A DNA stretch of 64,000 nt from Eledone cirrhosa (taxonomy: Eukaryota): assembly GCA_964016885.1 (NCBI GenBank), contig OZ024742.1, positions 40,796,001-40,860,000 on the forward strand, in the 5' to 3' direction. Below are positions 26,124 to 38,361 of this stretch, in pieces. Each line of letters begins with the position of its first letter. Within the stretch, counting starts at the first letter, position 1. The position numbers and the translations under genes were made by a program. Below the pieces are notes generated by a model, which ran no database searches, was not told where the DNA came from, and was given only the letters and a program-made list of their open reading frames with translations.

Positions 26124-28110
26124 TTACCTTACTTCTCGTAGGGGAAGGACGGCTTTTCCATCCTTTTCACTGCTTGTGGCCTCCTCAGGAAGGATGTCCT
26201 TATAAATCCTCCTGGAGAGTGCTTGTCGGAAGTCTCCGATGTCTTTGGGGAATTTTTGTTTTAGTGTCATGTACGTTTTCTGTGTGATGCGAGTGATTTG
26301 TATGTGTGGAGGTGGTGTGAATTTTGGGGTTGTTGTGTAGTCTTTTTCTGTGATGCTGGTGTTGTGTTGGATGTAGTGTAATAATTGCTTGTTGTTCAAA
26401 TTTAATGCTGTGTAGTGTGTATCGTTTTGGTTGTTTTGTTTTGTTTGCGTTTGTTGTGGGTTTGTTTCTGTTTCGCATTTTGGTGACTTTTGTGGTGTAG
26501 GTGATGGTGGTGTTGGAGTTAATGATGGTGATGGTGTTGGTGTTTGGGTTGATGGGGTTGGTGATGCTGGTGTGGATGGTGGCATATCTGTCCTAACTTT
26601 TTTGTTTCTTAGTTTATTTGTTTCCCTCTGTATTTTGTTTTTGGAGGGGGAAGGAAGAGAATTTTTTCTTTTTTGGTTTCTTTTTTTTTCCGGATATCGT
26701 TTCCCACTCCTCGTCGTCACAATCTGTCTCCAGTTGTGATAGGCCGGGGAGTGGAAAATCCTCCACAGCCGTTAGTTTTGGTTGTGATGTGGTGGATGGT
26801 GTAGGCGCTGGTGCTAGTTCTGAAGCGTTGGGTGGTGGTGGTGTTGGTTTTGCTGGTGGTGGTAGTGGTGTTGGTTTTGCTACTGTTGCTGGGGTTGTTG
26901 CTGTTATAGTTGCTTCTGTTGTTGCTGCTACAGTTGTTGCTGCCATCTCTGCTACTGGTGGTGTTGATGGTTGTGTCACTGGGGTGGGTAGCAGAGGTGG
27001 CCTCAACCTTTTAGCCTGGGGGCAGAAAGCCCTTAGGTGGGTTCCTTCACCACAAACGACACACCTAGGTCTTCTGCCCTCGACAATTACCGTGAGGTGG
27101 CTGCCGTCAGTGAGGTCTATTACCTCTGGGATCTCCTCAATGCTTTTTTGGTCCGCTTGGATCAGGAGCTCCATCCCAGATCCGGACCAGTTTTCCTGCT
27201 TTTCTTTTGCTACTGCTATTATTTTCGTGTTGGCTTCGATGCCGGCGAGGACAGCCGCTATTAGCCAGGGAATTTCGATGGCCGGTGGAACGTGGGTCAC
27301 CCTGATCTTTACGAGTCTCTGGCCACAATAGCTTGGGACGAGTGTGAGGTCGTCACTTTTTAATGGGGTCATGGAGTGTTCTCTAGCCTCCTCTGGTGTT
27401 TCAAAGAACACATCCACGGTTCCATACTTTTGCCCACGTCTGATGTGGGTTTTTCTTGCCCACACATGTCCCAAAGCTTTTGGGATTTGGGACTCGGATG
27501 CCCGTTCCACTCGGCGCGATTTTACATTTATTGTTCTATACGACACGGTGCACAGGCGCCGATGCTCCATTTTATTAGGTGGGGGGGTGAGGCTGACCAT
27601 GTACCCATCTTTCTTTACCATTTGTTTGGCATTTTCTAAATCTTCTTGAGTTACCGTGAACGCTTCGAATTGTTTTGCTACGATGGCGAAACTGAGGGTC
27701 GGTTTTATAATGTCATTGTTGTTGTTGTTGCTATCGTTATTTGTGTTAATCTTAATTTTTGTTTCAGTTGTGGTGGTGGTGACGTCATTCGTCTTTGGTG
27801 CGGAAGAGTCCATTTTGCTTGATTTCATTTCGACATCACGAGTTAATTTTTTTTTTTCTTCTTTTGTTTCTGTTGTCGCGGTGGTGGTGGGGGTGGTGGT
27901 TGTCGCGGTGGTGGTGGAGGCTTTAACACCTGCAGTCATTGGTAATGGCGGGAAATGAATGTCTGACTGAGACAAATTTAAAATATTGCTACTGCTTATA
28001 TTTTTTTTTGTGTTGGCAAACGTAGTAACATTTACAATGGTGGTGTCGGTGTGAGGTGTTATTTTGTGAGGAAGGCTTTCAGCTGCTTCGTGCAGAGGGG
28101 AATTAGCCAT
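26124..28110 (-). pseudogene. ORF1 of copy 2 (about 662 aa if repaired) with one frameshift in a homopolymer at 26681-26689
   Basis: T9 here versus T11 in copy 1. Joins ORFs 26614-28110 and 26124-26720. Confidence 0.85.
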
Positions 28111-28319
28111 TTTTTTTTCAAAGAAAGTTTTGGATAATAATAAAAGTTAAAATTTTGGGCACAAGGCCCCAATCTTTTGGGGTGTCCTTTTCGGAAAACA
28201 ATGTATGTGTGCTTATAAACAGTTAACAATAAAATTTTCCATAAATGGCAATTTTTAACAAACGGAAATAACAAACCTTTGCGGAGCTCACGATGATACG
28301 ATTTACTACGTAGGTCGCC

Positions 28320-28388
<69 letters not shown>

Positions 28389-28391
<3 letters not shown>

Positions 28392-28631
28392 GCCATGAAG
28401 TCAAAGTGATCCCGATTGTCATAGGCGCACTGGGGACTATCTCCAAAAGTTGCCAGGGATGGTTAAAGAAAATCGGCCCCTTCACGCTTTTTGGAACGCT
28501 TCAAAAGGCATGCTTGCTAGGAACAGCAAGAACCCTCCGATACGTCCTGAATATCTGAGGCTGCAGGTAGTGGCTTGATATTCATTCCAACGGACTTTCC
28601 AGTTAACTAACATCAATGACTGAGACTCAAG

Positions 28632-28633
<2 letters not shown>
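28389..28633 (+). mobile_element. 5'-truncated Dong/R4-clade element, copy 1
   Basis: Matches the 3' end of the 31418-34915 element; flanked by (AAT)n. Confidence 0.9.
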
Positions 28634-28710
<77 letters not shown>

Positions 28711-28715
<5 letters not shown>

Positions 28716-29513
28716 CTAAATTTAGAGATCCACAGACATGGAACTGGTTGAAAAGAGGACACCTTAAAAAGGCTACAGAAGGAATGTTAATGGCTGCGCA
28801 GGAGCAGGCCCTCAAAACGAAGTAGTTGAAACACCTTATTTACAAGGAGGAGGCTAGCCCACTGTGCAGGATCTGTGGAGAGAGAGAGGAGACTGTGGCT
28901 CACATTGTATCCGAGTGTAAACACCTAGCCCAGACTCACTATAACGGCTGGAGACATGATGTGATGGGCAGGGTGATCCACTGGCACCTATGCAAAGTAA
29001 ACAATTTACCACATTCTGAGAAGTGGTATGAGCATAAACCAGAGGCGGTGATAGAAAACGATCAGGTGAAGGTGCTGTGGGATTTTAGGATACAGACGGA
29101 TAAGAAACTGGAACACAATAGACCTGACCTAGTGGTTGTGGACAAAGAAAAAAGATCGTGCCTGATTGTGGATGTGACCTGCCCATTCGACACCAGAGTG
29201 CAAGAGAAGGAGAGGCAGAAAATTAACCGATACCAGGACTTAAAGTGGGAGGTAAAAAGGATTTGGAACTGCCATGAAATCAAACTGATCCCGATTGTCA
29301 TAGGCGCACTAGGGACTATCTCAAAAAGTTTCCAGGGATGGTTAAAGAAAATTGGCCCCTTCACACTTTTTGGAACGTTTCAAAAGGCATGCTTGCTGGG
29401 AACAGCAAGAACCCACCGATACGTCCTGAATATCTGAGACTGCAGGTAGTGGCTTGATATTCATTTCAACAAACTTTCCAGTTAACTAACATCAATGACT
29501 GAGACTCAAAGAG
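28711..29513 (+). mobile_element. 5'-truncated Dong/R4-clade element, copy 2 (CCHC + RLE)
   Basis: CRIC...H...C, RHD, NRPDL...IVDV, K..RY; flanked by (AAT)n. Confidence 0.92.
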
Positions 29514-29523
29514 TAATAACAAC

Positions 29524-29594
<71 letters not shown>

Positions 29595-29599
29595 TAATA

Positions 29600-29750
29600 A
29601 CGCTTTTTGGAACGCTTCAAAAGGCATGCTTGCTTGGAACGGCAGGAACCCTCCGATACGTCCTGAATATCTGAGGCTGCAGGTAGTGGCTTGATATTCA
29701 ATCCAACGGACTTTCCAGTTAACCAACATCAATGACTGAGATTCAAGGAA
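29600..29750 (+). mobile_element. 5'-truncated Dong/R4-clade element, copy 3
   Basis: Last codons plus 3' UTR; flanked by (AAT)n. Confidence 0.9.
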
Positions 29751-29754
29751 TAAC

Positions 29755-29812
<58 letters not shown>

Positions 29813-30230
29813 GGGAAGAAGACACACATGGTGGATAGAAGGTCGAGAAATCGCTCCCGTAAGTTTTGATTTTTTAACATATTTAAATCAATTGTGAAAT
29901 AACAATTCTTAGTACAAATGTTGCATAAAACATCCAGCTTGAGTCCCAAAAAATTCGGATCCACAATATATTGTTATATCGCTCAAATATTCAATTTTGT
30001 ATTATACATTTTATATTCTAAAAGAAAATGGTTATAAATGGAAGGAAACCCCTCTGTCTACACTATATAGAACAGCCAAATAACAGCAATTTCACCAACA
30101 TCAGAAACTAGATACACCACCTACCCCATCACCCCTCTGTGTACACTAAACACAACAGCCCGATAACGGCAATTTCACCACCACCACCACCAATCTCAGC
30201 ATAATAATAATAATTACTATTACTATTGCC

Positions 30231-31120
30231 TCAAGTTTTAGTTTTAACAAAATGTTCCAATATTATGGGTAAATGTCAACACATATACGCGACTAACGAT
30301 AATTTCACTAAAGATAATTTCACCACCAATACCACCACCACTACCACGATGAAAACTGTGGTCAAGTCGACTCAATTTTCTACTCCAACTTCAACACCAT
30401 CACTACAGTAATACGACCACATCACCACCACCGCTGCCTCACTATCGCTACCGCCGCTATTCTCTCCCACTACCTCCTGCTAGTTGCTGCTAGCACAGCA
30501 CCGCCACCGCCGCCGCTGCCTCAATATCACTACCGCCGCTATTCTCTCCCGCTACCCCCTGCTACATTGTAGAATTCTCACTAAAAGAGGAAAACATCGA
30601 AATATATAAATAGACTTAATTGATGACCCGATCAAAATAAAAATTTAAAAAAACAATAATCAAAATCAAGTTTTAGTTTTAACAAAATGGTTAAATCCAA
30701 TATTAAGAAAATATGTCAACACATATACTCGACTAACGATAATTTCACTAAAGATAATTTCACCACCAATACCACCACCACTACCACGATGAAAACTGTG
30801 GTCAAGTCGACTCAAATTTCTACTCCAACTTCAACACCATCACTACAGTAATACGACCACATCACCACCACCGCTTCTTCACTATCGCTACCGCCGCTAT
30901 TCCCCCCCCCCCCCACTACCTCCTGCTAGTTGCTGCTAGCACAGCACCGCCACCACCCCCGCCGCCGCTGCCTCAGTATCACTACCGCCGCTATTCTCTC
31001 CCGCTATCCCCTGCTACATTGTAGAATTCCCACTAAAAGAGGAAAACATCAAAATATATAAATAGACTGAATTGATGACCCGGTAAAAATAAAAAAAAAA
31101 CAAAAAAATCAAAATCAAAG
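30231..31120 (+). repeat. Tandem duplication of a roughly 435-bp C-rich unit upstream of the Dong ORF
   Basis: tcaagttttagttttaacaaaatg at 30231 and 30666, followed by near-identical sequence. Confidence 0.9.
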
Positions 31121-31417
31121 CAGCACAGCAACAACGAAAAACGTAAAGGAAATAAAAATGAAAAGAAAAACAAACGGACGGACAGAGAAGGGAAGGGGAA
31201 AACTAAGTCAGACATTCAAACACTACATTACAATGAAACTTATGCTTATTCATTTTGGGGGTTTTTTCTGCCTATTTGTTTGTTTGTTTGTTTGGGTTCG
31301 TCTACAGCGTGATAATGCCACACAAAAGTCACGTGGAGTGACGAAACCACCGGAGACAAATAATTCACCGGTGGTTATGTAACCATACATTCGCCAATCC
31401 TCGATAAGAGTGTTTAA

Positions 31418-34400
31418 ATGTCGAACCTAAACAGTTCGAATAACGGTGAAATGGAGACTAGAATGTCATGTGACAGACTCTCACCCAACAGGTGCTCCCT
31501 GGCTCAGCAGCAGGCTGTCAACCTGGCTGTCAACCAAATACTGCTGGTGTCGGAGGAAGAAGAAGAAGGAAAGGGACCAGAACCAACTGGACGAAAGAAT
31601 TGAATAGAACTGTTATGCAATGTTACCTGAAGAGAAATGTTACCCAAGGAGAAAGGCTATAGGAAAAGGATGCATAACATCTGGAACGAGATTGGTCCAT
31701 TTAAATTAGATGAACAAAAACTGGCCGGGCAGGCTCGGGTAATAAGAACTAATGGGTGGATAAGCGAGCTGGAACTGGAGGAACTGGGCAGAGAGATTAG
31801 CTTGGAGATGGAGGGTGGATTATGCCAGGCAAACGAGCCAGTGGGAAATGAAGGTGAAGAGGTCGAGAGAACGGAGGAACCACCCGAAACAGACAATGAT
31901 CTGAATGCTGAGATAAATAATACCTGGAACAGAGATACGGCCACTGAGGAGATGAATGCTGACGGGCTAGGACAAGATTTGGTAGATATCCTAAACTTAG
32001 TGGCAGATGAATTGAACAATGATAGTGGGAGACCTATGAACCTAAGATTTGTAGACAGGAAAAAGTTAAAAGAAACAACAGCTAAGGTAAACAAAGTCAT
32101 CCCATACCTTGAGACGAGGAGCCTTCACCAGTGCAACAATATCCTCAAAGCAACAGCAAATACGGTGAGGAAACTACTTGGTATAAAGGCGAGAGGAAAC
32201 AACAGACAAGAAAGAGCAGAGCCTTGGTGGAAGAAACGACAGAGTGGTCAAATCAGAGAAATGAGAAATGACATTGGAAAGCTTGAGTCCCTACTGAATG
32301 GGACACTAAAAAACATAGACACTAAATATAGACTGGAAATAAAGTACAAAACTAGGAGGAAAAAGCTAAATATTATCATAGAGGAACTGAAGCAACGCAT
32401 TGTAGTAAAAAGTGCAAAAATCAGGCGATACGAGAACAGAGTCAGCCAGTATAGACAGAACCGCATGTTCGACAACAACCAGAAGATGCTGTTTGGACAG
32501 CTTGAAGGGAAAGAAAGAGGCAACGACTTGATCCCTGAGGCGGAACAAACTAAAACATTCTGGAGAGGAATATGGGAGCAGGATGTTAAACATAATGACC
32601 AGACAGTGTGGATTGAGACAGTACAGAAGGAGATCAGTGAACAGGCACGCCAACAAACTGATTTGAGTATCACAGTTGAAACTCTTAAGGGGCAGGCCAA
32701 AAAACTAACCAACTGGAAATCACCTGGCCCAGATGGTGTGCAGGGGTATTGGATTAAAAACATAACATCCCTCCACCCGAAACTGACAACCATGTTCAAT
32801 GACTACTTGATGTCAGGTGAGGTACCAGAGTGCTTGACAAAAGATACCACAGTTCTGATAATGAAAGACCGAATCAAGGGTAATGATGTTACCAACTATA
32901 GACCTATCACATGTCTGTCCGTAATGTGGAAACTGTTGACAAGCATTATGTCTGAGGAAATCTACCATCACCTCCACACAAACAACTTGTTACCGGACGA
33001 ACAGAAAGGATGCCGAAAGAAGTCACGTGGTACAAAGGACCAGTTACTTATTGATAAGATGGTAATGAGGAATTGCAAGAGGAGACACACTGGTCTTGCC
33101 ATGGGATGGATAGACTACAAAAAGGCATTTGACATGGTGCCTCATTCTTGGATCACCAAAAGCCTGGAGATCTTCAAGGTGGCAGATAACATCAGGCAGT
33201 TGTTGGGCAAAAGTATGAAGTCCTGGGAAACAGAGTTAACATTTACTGGAGAATCGTTTGGAAGCGTGAAGATCAAGAGAGGTATCTTCCAGGGAGATAG
33301 TCTGTCCCCTCTGTTGTTTGTCCTTGCCCTGATGCCTCTGACCAGTGTACTGCGAAAAGTGAGAGCAGGATACGGGTTTGGAAAGGGAGGGCTTACCATC
33401 AATCACCTCCTCTTCATGGACGATCTTAAGCTCTTCGGGAAGAGTGAGAAGGAGTTGGATGTGCTTGTTGACACTGTCCGTATTTTCAGCAATGATATAT
33501 GTGTGCAATTTGGTATTAGTAAGTGTTGAGTCATTGTGATGAGGAGGGGTAAGTTGAGCAGAAGTAACGGAATCCAGATACCAACAGGTGAGATGATAAA
33601 AGAAATTGACTCTGAAGAAGGATACAAGTATTTGGGCATTCTGGAGGCTGATGACATCAAGAACAAAAAAATGAAGGAATTGATAAGAACTGAATACCTT
33701 CGGAGAGTAGGGAACGTATTAAAGTCACATCTGAACAGTAGGAATGCCATAAGTGCAGTAAATTCCCGAGCTGTGTCTATTATTAGGTACAGTACGGGAA
33801 TTCTGAGATGGAATGTTGCTGAACAAAAAGAAATGGATAGGAAGACTAGGAAGCTATTGACTATCTACAACATGTTCCACAAGAGGAGTGATGTCGATAG
33901 ACTCTACTTAAGGAGATCTGAAGGTGGAAGAGGTCTTATCAGCATAGAGGGCTGTGTTCAGATGGAGAAAAACAACCTACACAAATACGTGACTGATAGT
34001 AAGGAGCCAATGCTCAGAGCTGTACTGAAGGAGGGGACAATAGGCCAGGGGATGTCCAAGGAGGAAATAACATCAAGGAGAAAGAGCAGCCTTCAGGAAA
34101 AATCCCTTCATAGTACCTTCTTTGAGAAAACTGAATTTAGAGGTCCACAGACATGGAACTGGTTGAAAAGAGGAGACCTTAAAAAGGCTACAGAATGAAT
34201 GTTAATGGCTGCGCAGGAGCAGGCCCTCAAAATGAAGTGGTTGAAACACCACATTTACAAGGAGGAGGCTAGCCCACTGTGCAAGATCTGTGGAGAGAGA
34301 GAGGAGACTGTGGCTCACATTGTATCCGAGTGTAAACACCTAGCCCAGACTCACTATAAGGGATGGAGACATGATGTGATGGGCAGGGTGATCCACTGGC

Positions 34401-34914
34401 ACCTATGCAAAGTAAACAATTTACCACATTCTGAGAAGTGGTATGAGCATAAACCAGAGGCGGTGATAGAAAACGATCAGGTGAAGGTGCTGTGGGATTT
34501 TAGGATACAGACGGACAAGAAACTGTAACACAATAGACCTGACCTGGTGGTTTTGGACAAAGAAAAAAGATCGTGCCTGATTGTGGATGTGGCCTGCCCA
34601 TTCGACACGAGAGTGCAAGAGAAGGAGAGGGAGAAAATTAACCGATACCAGGACTTAAAGTGGGAGGTAAAAAGGATTTGGAACTGCCATGAAGTCAAAG
34701 TGATCCCGATTGTCATAGGCGCACTAGGGACTATCTCAAAAAGTTTCCAGGGATGGTTAAAGAAAATTGGCCCCTTCACGCTTTTTGGAACGCTTCAAAA
34801 GGCATGCTTGCTGGGAACAGCAAGAATCCTCCGATACGTCCTGAATATCTGACACTGCAGGTAGTGGCTTGATATTCATCTCAACAAACTTTCCATGACT
34901 GAGACTCTCAAAGA

Positions 34915-34915
<1 letters not shown>
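31418..34915 (+). pseudogene. Near full-length Dong/R4-clade element, copy 4: RT + CCHC + restriction-like endonuclease, disrupted by N-terminal frameshifts and three stops (5' end may extend to 29812)
   Basis: NWTKELN..VMQCYL/GYRKRM N-terminus, NWKSPGPDGV, YRPITCL, GIFQGDSLSP, LFMDD, RHD, NRPD, IVDVACP. Stops at 33527, 34196 and 34526. Confidence 0.92.
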
Positions 34916-34982
<67 letters not shown>

Positions 34983-35545
34983 TGGAGACACGATGTGATG
35001 GGCAGGGTGATCCACTGGCACCTATGCAAAGTAAACAATTTACCACATTCTGAGAAATGGTATGAGCATAGGCCAGAGGCGGTGATGGAGAACAATCAGG
35101 TGAAGGTGCTGTGGGATTTTAGGATACAGACGGACAAAAAACTGGAACACAATAGACCTGACCTGGTGGTTGTGGACAAAGAAAAAAGATCGTGTCTGAT
35201 TGTGGATGTGGCCTGCCCATTCGACACGAGAGTGCAAGAGAAGGAGAGGGAGAAAATTAACCGATACCAGGACCTAAAGTGGGAGGTGAAAAGGATTTGG
35301 AACTGCCATGAAGTCAAAGTGATCCCGATTTTTATAGGCGCACTAGGGACTATCTCAAAAAGTTTCCAGGATGGTTAAAGAAAATCGGCCCCTTCACGCT
35401 TTTTGGAACGCTTCAAAAGGCATGCTTGCTTGGAACAGCAAGAACCCTCCGATACGTCCTGAATATCTGAGGCTGCAGGTAGTGGCTTGATATTCAATCC
35501 AACGGACTTTCCAGTTAACCAACATCAATGACTGAGATTCAAGGA
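34983..35545 (+). mobile_element. 5'-truncated Dong/R4-clade element, copy 5
   Basis: RLE domain plus 3' UTR; followed by (AAT)n and then (AAG)n to 35704. Confidence 0.92.
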
Positions 35546-35553
35546 ATAACAAC

Positions 35554-35616
<63 letters not shown>

Positions 35617-35954
35617 AAGAAGAAGAAGAAGAAGAAGAAGAAGAAGAAGAAGAAGAAGAAGAAGAAGAAGAAGAAGAAGAAGAAGAAGAAGAAGAAGAAG
35701 AAGAATGATCTGGAAAACCTCATAAATTCCATCAATAACATTGCACAAAGAGCAACACGTTGTTCCCCTGCTTACTACCATCGTCAGAATAAAGGATTAT
35801 CAGGCTTCATAAGATATTTAATAAACAGTGCTACTAAACACACTCCATTAAGATTAACCCCGTAAAGTTCTATCAACATAGTCCCGAAAGACGTGGCCAA
35901 CACTTCAAAGGAGAAGCTATAGTGTAATTTGCGAATATTTACATTTATATGTAG

Positions 35955-36030
<76 letters not shown>

Positions 36031-36170
36031 AGTGTAAGTTTCTACACAAAACGAAGGTTATAGAGAAAATTGAGGTTGGTAATGGCACATGGAATATATA
36101 AGAGACAGAATACTTTTTTGTGAAAAAACATATAATTTTATAAGGTAAGGAAAGAATAAAGGGTATAAAA

Positions 36171-36214
36171 AATGACCGGTTTCGATGGGTCTGCAAAAGC
36201 CATCTTTTCAAATG
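36171..36214 (-). ncRNA. Minimal hammerhead-like motif (U3-A8 core)
   Basis: Reverse complement: TTGAAAA gatgg...ccatc GAAA ccgg TC. Weak stem I. Confidence 0.55.
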
Positions 36215-36849
36215 TTGATTAATATTAAGAAAAATTAATAATAAGAAGTTAAAATTTGAGATTAGAAAATTCAAGTATAAAATTCAGTGTGGGATTTCAT
36301 AGTAGTTTTCATCTTGGTAGCAGCAAGTTGACTGCTGTGTGTCCCTTTCTGGTAGTGAATGAGGAATTATTTGTGGGGAGTGGGTTTTTTTAAGGTCAGA
36401 TTTAGCAATGGCCAGATGGATATGTAAAAAATACATATTAACATTCTCTATTAGTCTTAATTCTATCAACTCTTCTATTCTTTACCATTTAATATAAACT
36501 GCTATAGATAAAATGAGATTTCTTAATTCAATTCCCTAATGTATATACCAGCAGGCTACCAGCATTGTTGTTATTCAGTAGCAGTGAAAATCTCCCTCTT
36601 CCTTAATTGACACTTTATAATTAATACTACTACACCAAACGACCAGCCCTGTCCATTGTTCAATTGGTCAAGTATAGATTAAAATAGGCACTCCCAAAAA
36701 TTCTTATTTAGATAAAATAAACCATATACTCATTGTATTCTCATTAGAAACCCTTTATATACTTGTTTACCAGTAAATTGAATTGCCATCTGTCATATTA
36801 CAACTAATATAAATACTTCAATTTTTCTGATTTTTTCCAATTTATCCAA

Positions 36850-37139
36850 TATCTCTGAAGAAGTGACAACTGATTATACATTTGCTATCAATGGTGGTTT
36901 GGCAGTGTCAGTAGAGGGTCGGACAACATGCTTTGTAGCACAGAGTTACGCCCCTTTCTGATCTGAGTTCAAATCCTGCTGAGGTTAACTTTGCCTTTCA
37001 TCCTTACGGGGTCGATAAAATAAAGTACCAGTAATGCACTGGGTAATTGCTGGCCTTGTGCCAAAAGTAGAAACAATTATATGATTACGCAAGCAGCGAT
37101 ACATAGGTATTCCGTCTGTTACAGAAACATATGTCAATA
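36850..37139 (+). ncRNA. Hammerhead ribozyme with a long stem II, split by a SINE
   Basis: CTGAAGA a gtgaca ...[SINE]... tgttac a GAAA catatg TC aata. Confidence 0.6.
36893..37078 (+). mobile_element. Family-A SINE
   Basis: Closely matches 11748-11930; no clear TSD. Confidence 0.9.
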
Positions 37140-37452
37140 CCTAATAAATTCCTTTTTAAAAAAACACTTTCATTTTATATTCATCTTTTCTATATATATA
37201 TATTTTTTTTTTAATCACATTTTTTTATTTGTTTGACCCGAATTACTTGGTCGTTTCTATGGCTATGCGGATAATCGTTTAACCATCGTCTCAGTGTGTT
37301 TGGCCTTTTAACGTATGTTGTAGCTCTGGTTCGTTAGAATCTATTGAGCGCTAATTTTTTTCGCTAATTTCCAATAGCCGAAATACGATTCTCGCTAATT
37401 TATATTTGTATATATATATATATATATACAAATATAAATTATATATATATAT

Positions 37453-37489
<37 letters not shown>

Positions 37490-37932
37490 ATATATATATA
37501 CACTATTAATTATAAATTATTATTATTACTCTTTTTCCATTTCTAATTACCTCATGTACCTTCTCCTCCGCTATATGTATATATGTATTCTACGCCCTTT
37601 GTGTTTGTGTAGCCTCTGCGCACCCTCTGCACCATACTATCCACGCCACCCCATCTATGGTTCAGCTAACCACCCGACCCCCGGGAATGAATATGACCGC
37701 AGCTAGTAAACAAGGGCCAACACCCCACCCTCCCGCACCAAAATTAGACTTATCGTCCCCTACTTTTGCTCTTTACTCTCTTTACTCTTTGTTCTTGGGT
37801 GTTTGGTTGGTAGAGTCCATAACACCAATCAAACCCCTTTTATAGCTCTGATGAATCCTACGGTTACACGTAAGGAAGAAACATTGTTAGCCAATAAAAA
37901 TCTTTTGATGTTGTAGACGCTCTTGTGTTCTT

Positions 37933-38016
<84 letters not shown>

Positions 38017-38361
38017 GTATATGTATATATATATATATATACTGTATATATATACTGTGTGTCAAAATGGCGTACCTGAGGTGCTGCTACTTACGAAGTA
38101 TGCATAGTATCCACTTGTAAACATCGGTAAAATACATAACACAATATAAACACAATATAAACAAAAGGAGAATGAGACACAAAGAGAGAGGGGGAGGAGA
38201 AACGAAGAAGTTTGAATATTTATGAAGCTTCTTCGTTTTTCTCTTATTTAATTTTTTTCTTTGCTTTATTTTCCATTTAAAAAAAACCTTGTCAAACCGG
38301 CATAAAATCGTAATAAATTAAAACATTAAAAATGTTAAAATGGTTCATATTTATATATATA

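Larger units (their letters stand above)
22427..28319 (-). mobile_element. Full-length L1/Tx1-clade element, copy 2, head-to-tail with copy 1 via (AAT)5
   Basis: Near-identical to copy 1 with the same termini; (AAT)n at 28320-28388. Confidence 0.93.

Noticed and set aside
16737-27958. Antisense and alternative-frame ORFs over the Tx1 elements (for example 299 aa at 20549-21448)
   Set aside because: Shadows of GC-rich or low-complexity coding sequence with no recognisable motifs.
33527-34528. In-frame TGA codons in the Dong ORF as selenocysteine or read-through
   Set aside because: Sister copies have GGA and GAA at two of the three sites and one stop is TAA; these are ordinary nonsense mutations.
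37845-37920. CTGATGA...GAAAC hammerhead-like motif
   Set aside because: Core and stem II are plausible but no stem I partner was found; at best a decayed copy, so it is not counted.
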